This document shows positions 38,014 to 47,766 of a DNA stretch of 64,000 bases, piece after piece. Below the pieces are notes generated by a model. The model worked only from the letters and a program-made list of their open reading frames with translations. It searched no databases and was not told the DNA's origin. Source of the stretch: Myxococcota bacterium (GTDB taxonomy: Bacteria > Myxococcota_A > Bradymonadia > UBA7976 > UBA1532); assembly GCA_036337435.1 (NCBI GenBank), contig JAYZEG010000037.1:97590-161589 (forward strand), given 5' to 3'. The translations under genes were made by a program, and so were the position numbers. Positions within the stretch are counted from its first letter, which is position 1. Each line of letters opens with the position of its first letter.

Positions 38014-40608
38014 CTAGGGGTCTTGCGGTAAATGGGAGTTTGGGTCCTGGGCCACATCAAATCTCGGTCCGCAATCTTCACCTCCAAGGAGGGTGCAAAC
38101 GCCGCCGTAGGCGATATCACCAGCCCGTGTACCGAACATTGCGTTCCAGCGGTCACCACCATTGGGGTGCCAGGCCAATTTGGTTTCGACCACTGATGCG
38201 ACGGCCCAGGGTTCATCTCTGATGGACTCGATCCACAGCAGACTGTCTGACCCAAGGGACAAAGCAGCAAAATCGGTCCCGAGCGCGAACACCCGGTCAT
38301 CTGGGCCAACCACCATGTCGTCTCCTTCTGCCAATAAGCGGCCATCCTCGTCCGTGAGCCGCCATACAACAACGTCGCTCTGAGCCGGGACGGGTACTCG
38401 ACATCTCAATTCATGTGACGAAGCGATATTGGCAAGAATCGTCGGCTGAGCCATCGTCATTTGTTCAATCAAAGACTTCAGGCCGAGTTCCGACGCACAA
38501 GGGTAACCAAGGTGACACAGTGGAAAACTCGAATTCTCCTCTTTTTCTGAGTAAAGCCAAGCCTGATCGAGCAGGCCTTCAAAAACATTCACTGTATCGG
38601 CACGAGGTCTTAAGCTGCCCAGCCCACCATTGGTGCGGCCAACAAACCATCGATTGTCTCGGCCGAGACCATCGATCGCAGTGAACCGCTGAGGGTTTAC
38701 TGGAGATTCCATACGGTATTGGTGAGTCCGCGGTCCGATCGTCGATGAAATCAAAATTTCATCGTCGCGCGCATCGAGACGTCCATCCCCATCTAGGTCA
38801 AGAAATTGTCTGGCGTCCGAAAACTCAATTTCCTGAGACGCTCGACCGTAAATGTAACTCTGATCCCATGCGCCTGGTACGGTGACTATAGTCAGGTCAT
38901 CAGACAGCTCTAAGGCGTCTATTCGATAGCGCAGACATCCATAACCACCGCAGTTGGGTGCCGTATCATTATCGACCCAATTCGGCGTTGGTCTCGCCTC
39001 GTCAACCCAATGCCGGATGTCTTTCAAAAGGCCGAGCCAGACTGCCAGAATATGTCTTGGATTGGTGACAGGTAACCAGAGTGACCGCTGCTCCTTGGTG
39101 AAACGAAGGGTCTGACTTTCTTCGTTGGCAAGACCCGAACTGATGAGAGCGAACAAGTAGGTCGCCATGGCTTGGATGGGTTGACTCGCCTCGGCAGCCT
39201 CGTTCAGATTCTCAACCAACTCATTGTCTGAATTCAGAAATTGTCCGTTGGAATTGACGGACGGTACGAAGACGTTGTGACCTGCACTGAAGGTGTCTGT
39301 TGAGCTTGCCGTAAGCCAGACAGCCGTTGCTCCAGGCCAATTTTCCTCGACGAGGTTTCGGAGGTATCCAATGTAATCACCCGATAAAATAACGCCATCG
39401 GAGCCAAACGCTGGAATCGCCCCCCAACTGAGCAAAACAACATGAGTCCGCGACGTTTCAAGTGAATCAAACGTAATGGCTTTGAGCTGATTATCGACAA
39501 CACCAGGAAGCTGTTGCTCACGGGCAAATGCAAACACCGCATCACGCCAGCGCTCAAGCGCCGAACGGTCTGCGTTCATACCTGCTGTTTCCGAGTCCAA
39601 CATCATTCGAACCGTCGCCGATGCATCTGGATCGACAGGCTGCACCGGTATGGTCTGCTGGGTCTGTCGATAAACGACCGGTGTCAAATTATCAACAGCC
39701 TGACGAATGGCCGAGTCAGCTCTGACGACAATGCGATGAAACCAATCCTCACTCACACCAGAGGCCACAGGTAAGCTATCAAGGAACGAAAATGCACCCC
39801 GACTGCGTCGATGAAATGCATCCATTTGTTGAGATGGCGAGATCCGCCGGCTGGGTCCAGACAATCCAGTTGCATCGGGTCCGGAACGGATACCGGTTAC
39901 ATGAATACTCAAAACATCGGAGCCTAGGCCTAGCCTGCGCCTTAAACGCTGGGTCAACAGTTGCAGCCGACCGCGATCCATTTCAAATAAATCTAAGGTC
40001 AACATCACGGACAATTGCCCATCTCTCGCTATGACGAGCGCGCGACCTTCAGGGGGATTATCAACATCCACATCTTGCGCGGGACGGTCTAGCCCGGGAC
40101 CCCCAAGCCAAACTGCATCAAAAATACCATCGGCATCAGCATCATCGAAGGTATCAAAACAGGGGTCATCGGGTTTCGCGTTATCGAGCGTGCCATCAAA
40201 TCGATTCTTACGATTTTCGGGGCAATCGACAGAGGCCCGGTCGTCCCAGGTCTCAAACCGATCCGGAACAAGACTAAAAGATGCTGCCCCGACACGGGTA
40301 AGCCCATCTTGAATCAGATCGAAAAAACGCCTTTCGAGACGGGGTTCACATTGACCAACTTCACTGCACCATGATGAATTCAGGCAATCATCATCACGGG
40401 AACATGGCTCAACAGACGGCACGGCCGAATCGGTGTCATACGCCCTCTGGCCTTCATCGATTCCAACACTGCCCGCGTCAGTGGGGGCACCCGGTTCAGC
40501 TAAATCTTGATGAGTTTGTATTGAAACTGGGGGCATTGGTTCGCAGGCCAGTATGGTGAATGCGACAAAAAGTGGAACCAACTGCACGATTTGAAGTCTG
40601 ATGCTCAT
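38014..40608 (-). CDS. Large lipoprotein, neutral-ceramidase-like fold, probably degenerate
   Basis: Lipobox ILAC, Cys-rich N-terminal module, FDDADADGIFDAVWLGG..RPA, ALVI...TLDL, SGPD..GL and SGDY.GYLR..VE. Dx[DN]xDG Ca-binding motifs. Confidence 0.55.
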   Translation of the reverse strand: MSIRLQIVQLVPLFVAFTILACEPMPPVSIQTHQDLAEPGAPTDAGSVGIDEGQRAYDTDSAVPSVEPCSRDDDCLNSSWCSEVGQCEPRLERRFFDLIQDGLTRVGAASFSLVPDRFETWDDRASVDCPENRKNRFDGTLDNAKPDDPCFDTFDDADADGIFDAVWLGGPGLDRPAQDVDVDNPPEGRALVIARDGQLSVMLTLDLFEMDRGRLQLLTQRLRRRLGLGSDVLSIHVTGIRSGPDATGLSGPSRRISPSQQMDAFHRRSRGAFSFLDSLPVASGVSEDWFHRIVVRADSAIRQAVDNLTPVVYRQTQQTIPVQPVDPDASATVRMMLDSETAGMNADRSALERWRDAVFAFAREQQLPGVVDNQLKAITFDSLETSRTHVVLLSWGAIPAFGSDGVILSGDYIGYLRNLVEENWPGATAVWLTASSTDTFSAGHNVFVPSVNSNGQFLNSDNELVENLNEAAEASQPIQAMATYLFALISSGLANEESQTLRFTKEQRSLWLPVTNPRHILAVWLGLLKDIRHWVDEARPTPNWVDNDTAPNCGGYGCLRYRIDALELSDDLTIVTVPGAWDQSYIYGRASQEIEFSDARQFLDLDGDGRLDARDDEILISSTIGPRTHQYRMESPVNPQRFTAIDGLGRDNRWFVGRTNGGLGSLRPRADTVNVFEGLLDQAWLYSEKEENSSFPLCHLGYPCASELGLKSLIEQMTMAQPTILANIASSHELRCRVPVPAQSDVVVWRLTDEDGRLLAEGDDMVVGPDDRVFALGTDFAALSLGSDSLLWIESIRDEPWAVASVVETKLAWHPNGGDRWNAMFGTRAGDIAYGGVCTLLGGEDCGPRFDVAQDPNSHLPQDP

Positions 40609-40791
40609 TTACTAAATAACCGTGCTTCTGCCCTGCATGAACCCACGCAACTGTACTGAAAGATGCCACTCTGCATCAAACCTCGTTTAATCTTACATTA
40701 ACCTACATTTGTCGGCTCGTAAATTTTGTGTGCCAAGATGGAATAAAGCCGATGAAGACCCTTCAGTAAATAAGGATGTTCCGTCCACTCT

Positions 40792-41181
40792 CTACAGCGG
40801 CGAACTAGCCCATCGTCGGCACGACCTCAAGAAGTCTCGAGCGGGTCCATCGAGGGGTGTCAGCAACTTAGACCCTGGCTCAACGAGAAAACGAAAGGAT
40901 TGACTCTTTTCAGCCGGCTCACCAACCTGAATCCGGACGGGGACACGTCGGTCAAACCATGATGGAGTGTCCGTAACAAGCCGAGCTTTCAAATCAGGAA
41001 ACTTCACTTGTATAAAATCCGTCAATCGAGATGTGGTTTTTTCTCCGCACCGATACACGGTGTACAGCGATTGCGTCCTTTTCTCGAGGGTCTTGTCTCG
41101 ACGAGTTTTCAAGCTATCGGCACCGATCCAAGCGGTCATTACAGCCGAGAAAAGCAAAAGCGCAGCTCCGAATCGATTCAT
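40792..41181 (-). CDS. Hypothetical exported/membrane-anchored protein (129 aa)
   Basis: N-terminal hydrophobic segment. ATGA overlap with the upstream gene. Two Cys. Confidence 0.6.
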   Translation of the reverse strand: MNRFGAALLLFSAVMTAWIGADSLKTRRDKTLEKRTQSLYTVYRCGEKTTSRLTDFIQVKFPDLKARLVTDTPSWFDRRVPVRIQVGEPAEKSQSFRFLVEPGSKLLTPLDGPARDFLRSCRRWASSPL

Positions 41182-41609
41182 TTGCCTTTCGACTTAATCA
41201 ATTCATCTAAACCGGCTTTATCGGAATCAGTTAAGGTCTCGAGGGGAGGTGCTTTTTCTGCATTCCGTGAAACCTTAGGCGGCTTCGTTTTGGCGGGTTT
41301 TGGGACGGTTTTGACGGCGGTCTTCCGAGGAGTAGGCTTGGGGTTTTGCTCGCTCTTTGCGGATGTTTCTCGAACCGGACGTTCATCCGACTCCGTTGGT
41401 GATTCGAACATCTTCAAGACGTGCATAATCGGTGTATTTCCGCCAATTCGGACAAACGAAAGAAAGGCAAGCACCGTCAAGATCCCGATCCCTATCAACA
41501 TCCCTCTCAGGGCCGCTTTCCCATCTCGTCGACGCCGCGGTGGCTGACCCTGACTGACGCTTCGACGGGTTTTATTCTTTCGGCTCTTCTTCTTAGTTTG
41601 CCTGGCCAT
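41178..41609 (-). CDS. Hypothetical bitopic membrane protein (143 aa)
   Basis: Highly basic N-terminus, one TM segment, Lys/Pro-rich linker and C-terminal LTDSDKAGLDELI helix. Confidence 0.7.
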   Translation of the reverse strand: MARQTKKKSRKNKTRRSVSQGQPPRRRRDGKAALRGMLIGIGILTVLAFLSFVRIGGNTPIMHVLKMFESPTESDERPVRETSAKSEQNPKPTPRKTAVKTVPKPAKTKPPKVSRNAEKAPPLETLTDSDKAGLDELIKSKGK

Positions 41610-41645
41610 GCTGTAAGCCCTCAGTTTGAGATAATCCTCTCGGAT

Positions 41646-43478
41646 TTACTTTTTGTTTTTGATGATAAATTCAACCCGCCGGTTTTTAGACCAAGCGGCT
41701 TTATTTTCCGATGTATCGACCGGCTTTGACTCGCCGTACCCCTGAGCACTCAACCGTTTACTGTCAATTCCCGATTGAACAAGGTAATCCTTGACAGCAT
41801 CCGCTCGTCGCTGGCTCAAGTCTAAATTGTAGGTGTCGTCACCACGGCTGTCGGTGTGTCCTTGGATCTCGATGGATTTAATTTGCGGATACGTCTTCAA
41901 GGTTTTCGCAATCGCATCCAGCAAGGGGTGACTTTCGCCTTTGATGGTTGCCTTATTTGTCTCGAAATAAATCGTCTCGTTTATCTCCAACTTCTCGCGA
42001 GTGACGACAACCTTGGCCTCGGGACAACCGTCTTCATCGTCTACACCGTCGTAATTTTCTGCCTGGTCGGGACAGCGGTCTCGGCTATCAGGGATTCGAT
42101 CACCGTCGTTATCTAATTCCGGGCAGCCATCGTCATCTTTGAAACCGTCGATATCTTCTGGTTTGAGAGGGCATTTATCTCGTATATCTGGCACGCCATC
42201 ATTGTCGTTATCGAGGTCAGGACAACCGTCTTGGTCTTGAAACCCATCCCGATCCTCTGGTTCATCTGGGCACGAATCCTGACGGTCGGTTATGCCATCT
42301 CGATCCCGATCTCGTGCGCCGTCGGGACATCCATCATCGTCTTCAAATTGGTTTTTGTCCTCCGGCACATCCGGGCATTGGTCGAGGATGTCCGGTATTC
42401 GATCCATGTCATTGTCCTCGTCGGGGCAGCCATCAAGGTCTTCAAACCCATCCCGATCCTCAGGCCGATACGGACACTCATCTTCATCGTCCTTGAACCC
42501 ATCGCGATCTCGATCGCCCGCGGTGGGTTCAAATACGATCCCAACGAAACCACGCGCATCCGGGTCGCCGGCCTGTTTAAGCCAGCCACGCGAGCCACCG
42601 AATGTAAAAAACGAGTTGCCCAACAGATAGAGTTTCAAACCGATGAGCGACTCCAACGGCATCGCGTTTTGCGCGTTGGAGTCAATGGGCATCTGACCGT
42701 ATGTCTCAACGACCAAATCCAAACGTTCAGGGGTGATCGACCAACCGAATCCAAGTCCATATGAGACCGCATTTCCCAGCCGAATCAAATCGTTTCTCGG
42801 TAAGGATATCGCGTCTCCGACATCATTCGTCTCGGTTACGGCCTGGTCTAGACTTCGAGAAGAGCGCAGCACCATGCCACTGTTCAGTGCCATGGCAACG
42901 CGCTCGCCAAACTGCCAATCAAGAATGAGTTTCGGTCGTATGACAACACCCGGCCTGTCGCTGACGAAGGCATTATCTTGTCCTGTCGGAAAATGAAAGG
43001 TGCTCGATATGCCAAGACCGATGGGCAATTGTTCGCTATCCAAGATGCGGACTTTCACGTGTGCTTGTGCATCTCCGATTCCATCTCCCGCAAGAGTCGG
43101 TTCATCACCACGCCCATCCCCGTCGGCCCGAAGAACTGTGATGGGCAGCCCCCCCCCAAGTTCAAAGATGTTCATGAAGCCGAGAGTAAGGACGAATTGG
43201 CCAGTGACGAGATGCTCAACAAGAATTTCTTCTCGACCCCCGATGGTTTGCTTGAGCGGTCGCCATGCGTAGCTGGTATACAATCCGATACTCGGCTCCA
43301 AAGTCCCGAGGGGTCTAGAACGCTCGACGGTAATCAAGCTCCGAGAGTCCATCGCAGGCCGGAAGTTTTGAATGTCGAGGTTGTAGGGCTGAGCCTGAAT
43401 GAGGGTTGTCAGGCTCACAAAAAAAACCACGACACCCACGAAGAACGCAAAGACGCGGTGAGACGGACGTTCCATCAC
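41646..43478 (-). CDS. Outer-membrane protein: putative beta-barrel + thrombospondin type-3 repeats + OmpA C-terminal peptidoglycan-binding domain
   Basis: Signal peptide, repeated D.D.DG..D..D.CP..PED.DGF.D.DGCP units, and IYFETN...IEIQGHTDSRG...NLDLSQRRA...GYGESKP...NRRVEF. Confidence 0.9.
   Translation of the reverse strand: MMERPSHRVFAFFVGVVVFFVSLTTLIQAQPYNLDIQNFRPAMDSRSLITVERSRPLGTLEPSIGLYTSYAWRPLKQTIGGREEILVEHLVTGQFVLTLGFMNIFELGGGLPITVLRADGDGRGDEPTLAGDGIGDAQAHVKVRILDSEQLPIGLGISSTFHFPTGQDNAFVSDRPGVVIRPKLILDWQFGERVAMALNSGMVLRSSRSLDQAVTETNDVGDAISLPRNDLIRLGNAVSYGLGFGWSITPERLDLVVETYGQMPIDSNAQNAMPLESLIGLKLYLLGNSFFTFGGSRGWLKQAGDPDARGFVGIVFEPTAGDRDRDGFKDDEDECPYRPEDRDGFEDLDGCPDEDNDMDRIPDILDQCPDVPEDKNQFEDDDGCPDGARDRDRDGITDRQDSCPDEPEDRDGFQDQDGCPDLDNDNDGVPDIRDKCPLKPEDIDGFKDDDGCPELDNDGDRIPDSRDRCPDQAENYDGVDDEDGCPEAKVVVTREKLEINETIYFETNKATIKGESHPLLDAIAKTLKTYPQIKSIEIQGHTDSRGDDTYNLDLSQRRADAVKDYLVQSGIDSKRLSAQGYGESKPVDTSENKAAWSKNRRVEFIIKNKK
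42018..42515 (-). repeat. Five tandem ~33-aa TSP3-like Ca-binding repeats inside the OmpA-family gene
   Basis: Translation shows five units DxDxDx(2-3)DxxDxCPxxPEDxDGxxDxDGCP. Boundaries are approximate. Confidence 0.85.
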
Positions 43479-45283
43479 CTCAATCCCTTTTTCTCAAGAT
43501 AACGTTCCCATTGGTTTCTCTTGGCTAAGTCAGAGATTAATTCAGAGACCCGATCACACGGCCTGCGAGCCTGACGCTGCGCCCCCATGCTCAAGAGTGC
43601 CATGCACACGATGCGCAATTTACGATAATCGTTCCGACATTGGGTCGAAGCGCGCATAAACAGCTCTCGCGCCCGAACAAGGTCTCGATCGACGGGATCA
43701 TTCTTATAGCGCTGACCCGCTTTTACACTGGCACTACAGGAGCGTGGTTTGCTCGACGCTGTTGTTTTTGACGGGGCTGGTTTTACGGTCGGAGTAGAGG
43801 CCACTCTCTTCCGAACGTCTCGCGTCTCTGTCGCGGCCCGACGGGACTCTGTGCCACCAGCCCTTTGATTATCTCGTTTGTCTGTGCGGCTTTTGGTGGC
43901 TTTGGTGACCCGTCGCTCTAGTTTTCGAATTGCAGCCCGCGCAAAACTGTATCGTCTGGCCGCGTTCAAATGCTCACGCGCTTTCGTTAATCGGTCACGG
44001 GCAAGTGCTCGCTCAACTCTGGTCTCCAGTCTATTGAGAAAGAGTCGTTGGACTTCGTTTTTCATATTGGTCACATCAGGCAGATAGGCACTTTCACGGT
44101 CGAAGTTATTCGCGATGCGCAGTGCTTTCTCATAGTTCTCGTTCGTGACCAACTGGCGGAGCTTTGAGAATGAAACTGAGTCGAGCTGTCCATCGCTGGC
44201 CCGTTCTTTAAATTCACGCGCTTTTTCGTGGTCTGGCTCCGCTTGCAGAATGCGTTCAAAATGCTCGATAGCGGTGCGCCAATCTCGAGCATTCAAGGCA
44301 CGTTCGCCGGCCGCTAAGGTCTCTGAATGATCGGTTTGCGCCTCGATACGAATCGGTGGGCCGATATCTGGCTTCGCATTCTGTGGTGTCGGATTCACCT
44401 GAGCTTGCTTTGCCTTCGCGTCAGCTTGGGCTGTGGCCGAGGTAATTTGCCGGTTGTCTCGAGTCACTTCCGCTAAGATGTAGCCGATTAAAACCATCCC
44501 AACCAAAATGACGGCAACCGCAAGATGGCGAAGCAATTGACTGCTTGGCGGCAAAATGACGTCGTCGATATCGGCTGGTGTGAAGACATAGGGGTCGCCA
44601 GGACCGCAAAATCGCAGTTTGACATGGCCCATCTCAACAATATCACCGTTGACCAGGCTGCACGTCGTTTGTGCCTGTCCGTTGACGATGATTCCATTGG
44701 CCGAGCCAAGGTCGATGACAGTGAATCGGTTGTCTCTCCAAATCAACTTCGCATGATTTCGGGAAATTGACCGATGAGTGACAGCCACATCATTGCCATC
44801 TTGTTGATGCCGCCCGACCAAGATTTCCTTTTGGGTTAAATGGTAGACTTGCCCGGCCAAGTTACTTGATACAACGACAAGACGAGCGCACTCGGCACCA
44901 CCCAACTCCACAGGCTTTGTTTTGGCAACATCGGTGATTCGCGTCACAACTGTGTCTGTGACGGCGGTGTCCACAGCGTTCGCTTGCGCCTCCAGGACCA
45001 AAATATAGTCCCCGATCTGAATCGAATCATCTGCCGCCAAACTGCACTTTCCGACAATCCGTTCGCCGTTGACGCGAACGCCATTGTAGCTGTGGAGATC
45101 TTCGAGAAGAACAGTCTCGTCATCGGAGCCCTGCCCAATGGTAAATCGAGCATGCATTCTCGAAACGTTGCGTTCGGTCAGACGGATGGTGTTGCCTTCC
45201 TGACGGCCGACCGTGATCTCGTCTCGTGCGAGCGGGACGACATGAGTCGTCCCCTCTCCATCCTCAATGACAAGGCGTAACAT
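43475..45283 (-). CDS. Tandem FHA-domain, single-TM, TPR-containing protein
   Basis: FHA1 (ITVGRQEGN...VSRMHA...SYNG), FHA2 (LVGR...ISRNHA...GSANG), a TM segment, and TPR-like AIEHFERILQAEPDH. Start at ATG 45283. Confidence 0.87.
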   Translation of the reverse strand: MLRLVIEDGEGTTHVVPLARDEITVGRQEGNTIRLTERNVSRMHARFTIGQGSDDETVLLEDLHSYNGVRVNGERIVGKCSLAADDSIQIGDYILVLEAQANAVDTAVTDTVVTRITDVAKTKPVELGGAECARLVVVSSNLAGQVYHLTQKEILVGRHQQDGNDVAVTHRSISRNHAKLIWRDNRFTVIDLGSANGIIVNGQAQTTCSLVNGDIVEMGHVKLRFCGPGDPYVFTPADIDDVILPPSSQLLRHLAVAVILVGMVLIGYILAEVTRDNRQITSATAQADAKAKQAQVNPTPQNAKPDIGPPIRIEAQTDHSETLAAGERALNARDWRTAIEHFERILQAEPDHEKAREFKERASDGQLDSVSFSKLRQLVTNENYEKALRIANNFDRESAYLPDVTNMKNEVQRLFLNRLETRVERALARDRLTKAREHLNAARRYSFARAAIRKLERRVTKATKSRTDKRDNQRAGGTESRRAATETRDVRKRVASTPTVKPAPSKTTASSKPRSCSASVKAGQRYKNDPVDRDLVRARELFMRASTQCRNDYRKLRIVCMALLSMGAQRQARRPCDRVSELISDLAKRNQWERYLEKKGLR

Positions 45284-45425
45284 ATCTAGCCAACCAAACA
45301 CCGAGCAACGCAAGGTTGCCAAGTAGAATTGGAGGTAAAAACCACCAATAACCTTTGCTCATGACGTGCATACATTATTTGCATGTCGCAGCGTAGAATA
45401 CCTAAATCCAAATGGATTTTAAACA

Positions 45426-46574
45426 TTACAAGACCGTCTCTGACAGCCTAATTAAATGGATCTTTCGATTGCGCAAATTCTTCAACCAACGGCCCAGTGC
45501 TGTAAGGACCTTTGGCGAGGGATCTGCAACAACAACCGCATGTCCTTCAAGTACCAAAGCAACTTCAACAGCCCGAAGCTTGGCTTCGACCGCTGAGCCT
45601 GATGCGTCCAAACGATGAGTTTTCGCCGCTGATCTGACACCCATGGCTTTTGCTCGAGCCGTCGCCACTGACGAATCCGTCGGTCTCTGGTCGAGAAAAA
45701 AAAGCCCCCGCTGAGCCAGAACTTCGAGCACGGCCCCAATATGCTGTTCACTACTCGAAAAGCCACCTCCCAAATGACCGTCTGCACCAACGGCACCGGG
45801 TAAAAAGTCGAGGAACTTTCGAGTTCTCTCCTGGACCTCGTTCAATGACATGTCACGCGTTAAGAATGCTGGACCATCGGTTTTGTCGGCAACTGAGGGT
45901 TCCATTGGAAGATGAGCGATGAACTCCCGTTTCTCTTTAACGAGCCGCTCAGCGACGGCCTTCGCGTAAGGCTCGTTCACCGACACTGCGTAGGTCACAT
46001 CAGGGTCTAATGCGAGCATCGCGTCAAGGGTTGCAGGTTCTCGACCGACATCCGAAATGACAACGGTTAACCTCGGATTTGGCGGATATGCGCGCAGTGC
46101 CAAGACAGGACTGGACCCTTTCGCTACCGCCCGATAAACGGGTTTGTCCGGCCGGTCGACACTCTTCGACCGAATCAATTGATATTGAACAGGCTCCAAT
46201 TGTCGTTCGATATTCGCCATGATCGACAAGCAACTGTATGCCGCAGAGCATGCGAAGCTGATGAGGGGCATGGTTTCACTGCGACTGCGGCCAGGCCCTC
46301 TTAAAGCGTGACGCCCCTGACGAATCGCCTGGGTTCTAATCCCTGCCGACGCAAGCACTTGTAAGACAATTCCCCGAGCTTCATCCGCATCGATCAAGGG
46401 TGCCACGTTGGTCTTAGACGTTACGGACGAACGTGCAATGGAGTCTGATGGCTCAGCCGAGGAGGCACCGAGCACCACCGTCTCCTTGTCAGACAGCAAT
46501 TTCTGACCGACGAGGGCAACCACACCACCAAACACTGCCACGAGTAACCATCCCGCAATTCGCATCAGGCTCAT
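45426..46574 (-). CDS. Divergent polysaccharide deacetylase family (YibQ-like)
   Basis: LTVVISDVG, AHLPMEP, PGAVG.DGHLG and FFLD. N-terminal membrane anchor. Lies downstream of envC. Confidence 0.8.
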   Translation of the reverse strand: MSLMRIAGWLLVAVFGGVVALVGQKLLSDKETVVLGASSAEPSDSIARSSVTSKTNVAPLIDADEARGIVLQVLASAGIRTQAIRQGRHALRGPGRSRSETMPLISFACSAAYSCLSIMANIERQLEPVQYQLIRSKSVDRPDKPVYRAVAKGSSPVLALRAYPPNPRLTVVISDVGREPATLDAMLALDPDVTYAVSVNEPYAKAVAERLVKEKREFIAHLPMEPSVADKTDGPAFLTRDMSLNEVQERTRKFLDFLPGAVGADGHLGGGFSSSEQHIGAVLEVLAQRGLFFLDQRPTDSSVATARAKAMGVRSAAKTHRLDASGSAVEAKLRAVEVALVLEGHAVVVADPSPKVLTALGRWLKNLRNRKIHLIRLSETVL

Positions 46575-46637
46575 TTTCTGCTACTCCAACTGGACTCGAC
46601 CGCCTGTATAGATCGAATACGTTTGCTATGCCATTGC

Positions 46638-47765
46638 TTAGTCATCGTTAAATAGCCAAAGAGAGGGATCTAAAGGCTTTTGCCGGAGACGAATCTCGAA
46701 ATACAGTTGGGGACCGGTCAGTGAACCAGAGTCACCGACTTTACCCAGCATATCTCCCCGATGGACCCGATCACCCTTGTTACGATGAATGGTTTGCATA
46801 TGTGCATAGACAGTATGATAACCACCACCATGGTCAACGATGACTAGGTTACCAAATCCAGAGAACCAACCCGCATGGACGATTTTACCATGAAAGACCG
46901 CGAAAACAGGCGTATCCATGGGCGCGGAAAAGGTCCAGCCATTGGACACCAACTTCGCCCCGGATTCAGCATGTTCGTACGGACCGAAACGCCGGGTTAT
47001 ACTCCCCTCAGCTGGATGGGGTAGCCGGCCTTCTTGACCAGACATGGTCCCGGCTTTTTCGAGGGCTTCAACAGCCAGGCCTCGCTGTTTTAACGCCTGC
47101 TGGTGCAACACATCTTTGAGAACGCGCTGCTGGGCACGCAAGCGATCCAAGATACGCAAACGCTTACGCCGCTGACGCATAATTTCCTGCTTGGTGACAT
47201 CCAACAGTTGTTGGTTCGCTTTCAGCGTGTCCAGGGCACCAATACGGACCTCTTTCAATGTCCTTAAGCGGTCCTCTGAGTCCTGATAGGTCTTCACGAG
47301 TCCCAGGTCAGCTTTAACAATGGCCGCAAGATAACCCCGGCGACGCAACCAATCATTCTGAGACCCTGTCCCAAGAATCAACCTGCGCCAAACAGCATCA
47401 TCCAGATTAAGGTTGGACCGCGCTCTCAACCTTTTTTTGAGCCGCTCATGCCAAAGTGTCAGGTCAACATTAACCTGTTTTATCCGCTCATCAACTTCCT
47501 TGATTTCGCTCCGCCTACGAGCCGACTTCCGTTGTATCGAGTCTTTCTTCCGCTCAAGATTAGACACTCTTCGATCGAATGCATCGAGGGAATCAAGAAT
47601 GGAGTTCTCTTCTTGAAAGAGTTCCTCACTCTCCAGTTGCGCCTCTTCGATGTCACTGGGCTCCGCCCGTACCTGCGCCACTGTGATGACCATAGTGAGT
47701 AAGACAACACAAAGACCGAGAACGAAATCAAGTCGATGCTTTACGATTCCGATACTCACGTTCAT
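46638..47765 (-). CDS. envC: Murein hydrolase activator EnvC (coiled coil + degenerate M23/LytM)
   Basis: Long coiled coil, GWFSGFGNLVIVDHG, YAH and VGDSGS...LYFEIR lacking the Zn-binding HxH. Follows ftsX. Confidence 0.85.
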   Translation of the reverse strand: MNVSIGIVKHRLDFVLGLCVVLLTMVITVAQVRAEPSDIEEAQLESEELFQEENSILDSLDAFDRRVSNLERKKDSIQRKSARRRSEIKEVDERIKQVNVDLTLWHERLKKRLRARSNLNLDDAVWRRLILGTGSQNDWLRRRGYLAAIVKADLGLVKTYQDSEDRLRTLKEVRIGALDTLKANQQLLDVTKQEIMRQRRKRLRILDRLRAQQRVLKDVLHQQALKQRGLAVEALEKAGTMSGQEGRLPHPAEGSITRRFGPYEHAESGAKLVSNGWTFSAPMDTPVFAVFHGKIVHAGWFSGFGNLVIVDHGGGYHTVYAHMQTIHRNKGDRVHRGDMLGKVGDSGSLTGPQLYFEIRLRQKPLDPSLWLFNDD

Positions 47766-47766
47766 C

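Noticed and set aside
42018..42515. Periodic nucleotide similarity that could suggest a CRISPR or tandem DNA array
   Set aside because: Fully explained by degenerate in-frame TSP3 protein repeats. There are no identical direct repeats with unique spacers and no cas genes.
41646..43478. Naming this gene traB
   Set aside because: The architecture matches, but there is no traA-like gene (Cys-rich repeats, MYXO-CTERM) upstream and myxobacteria have several such paralogues.
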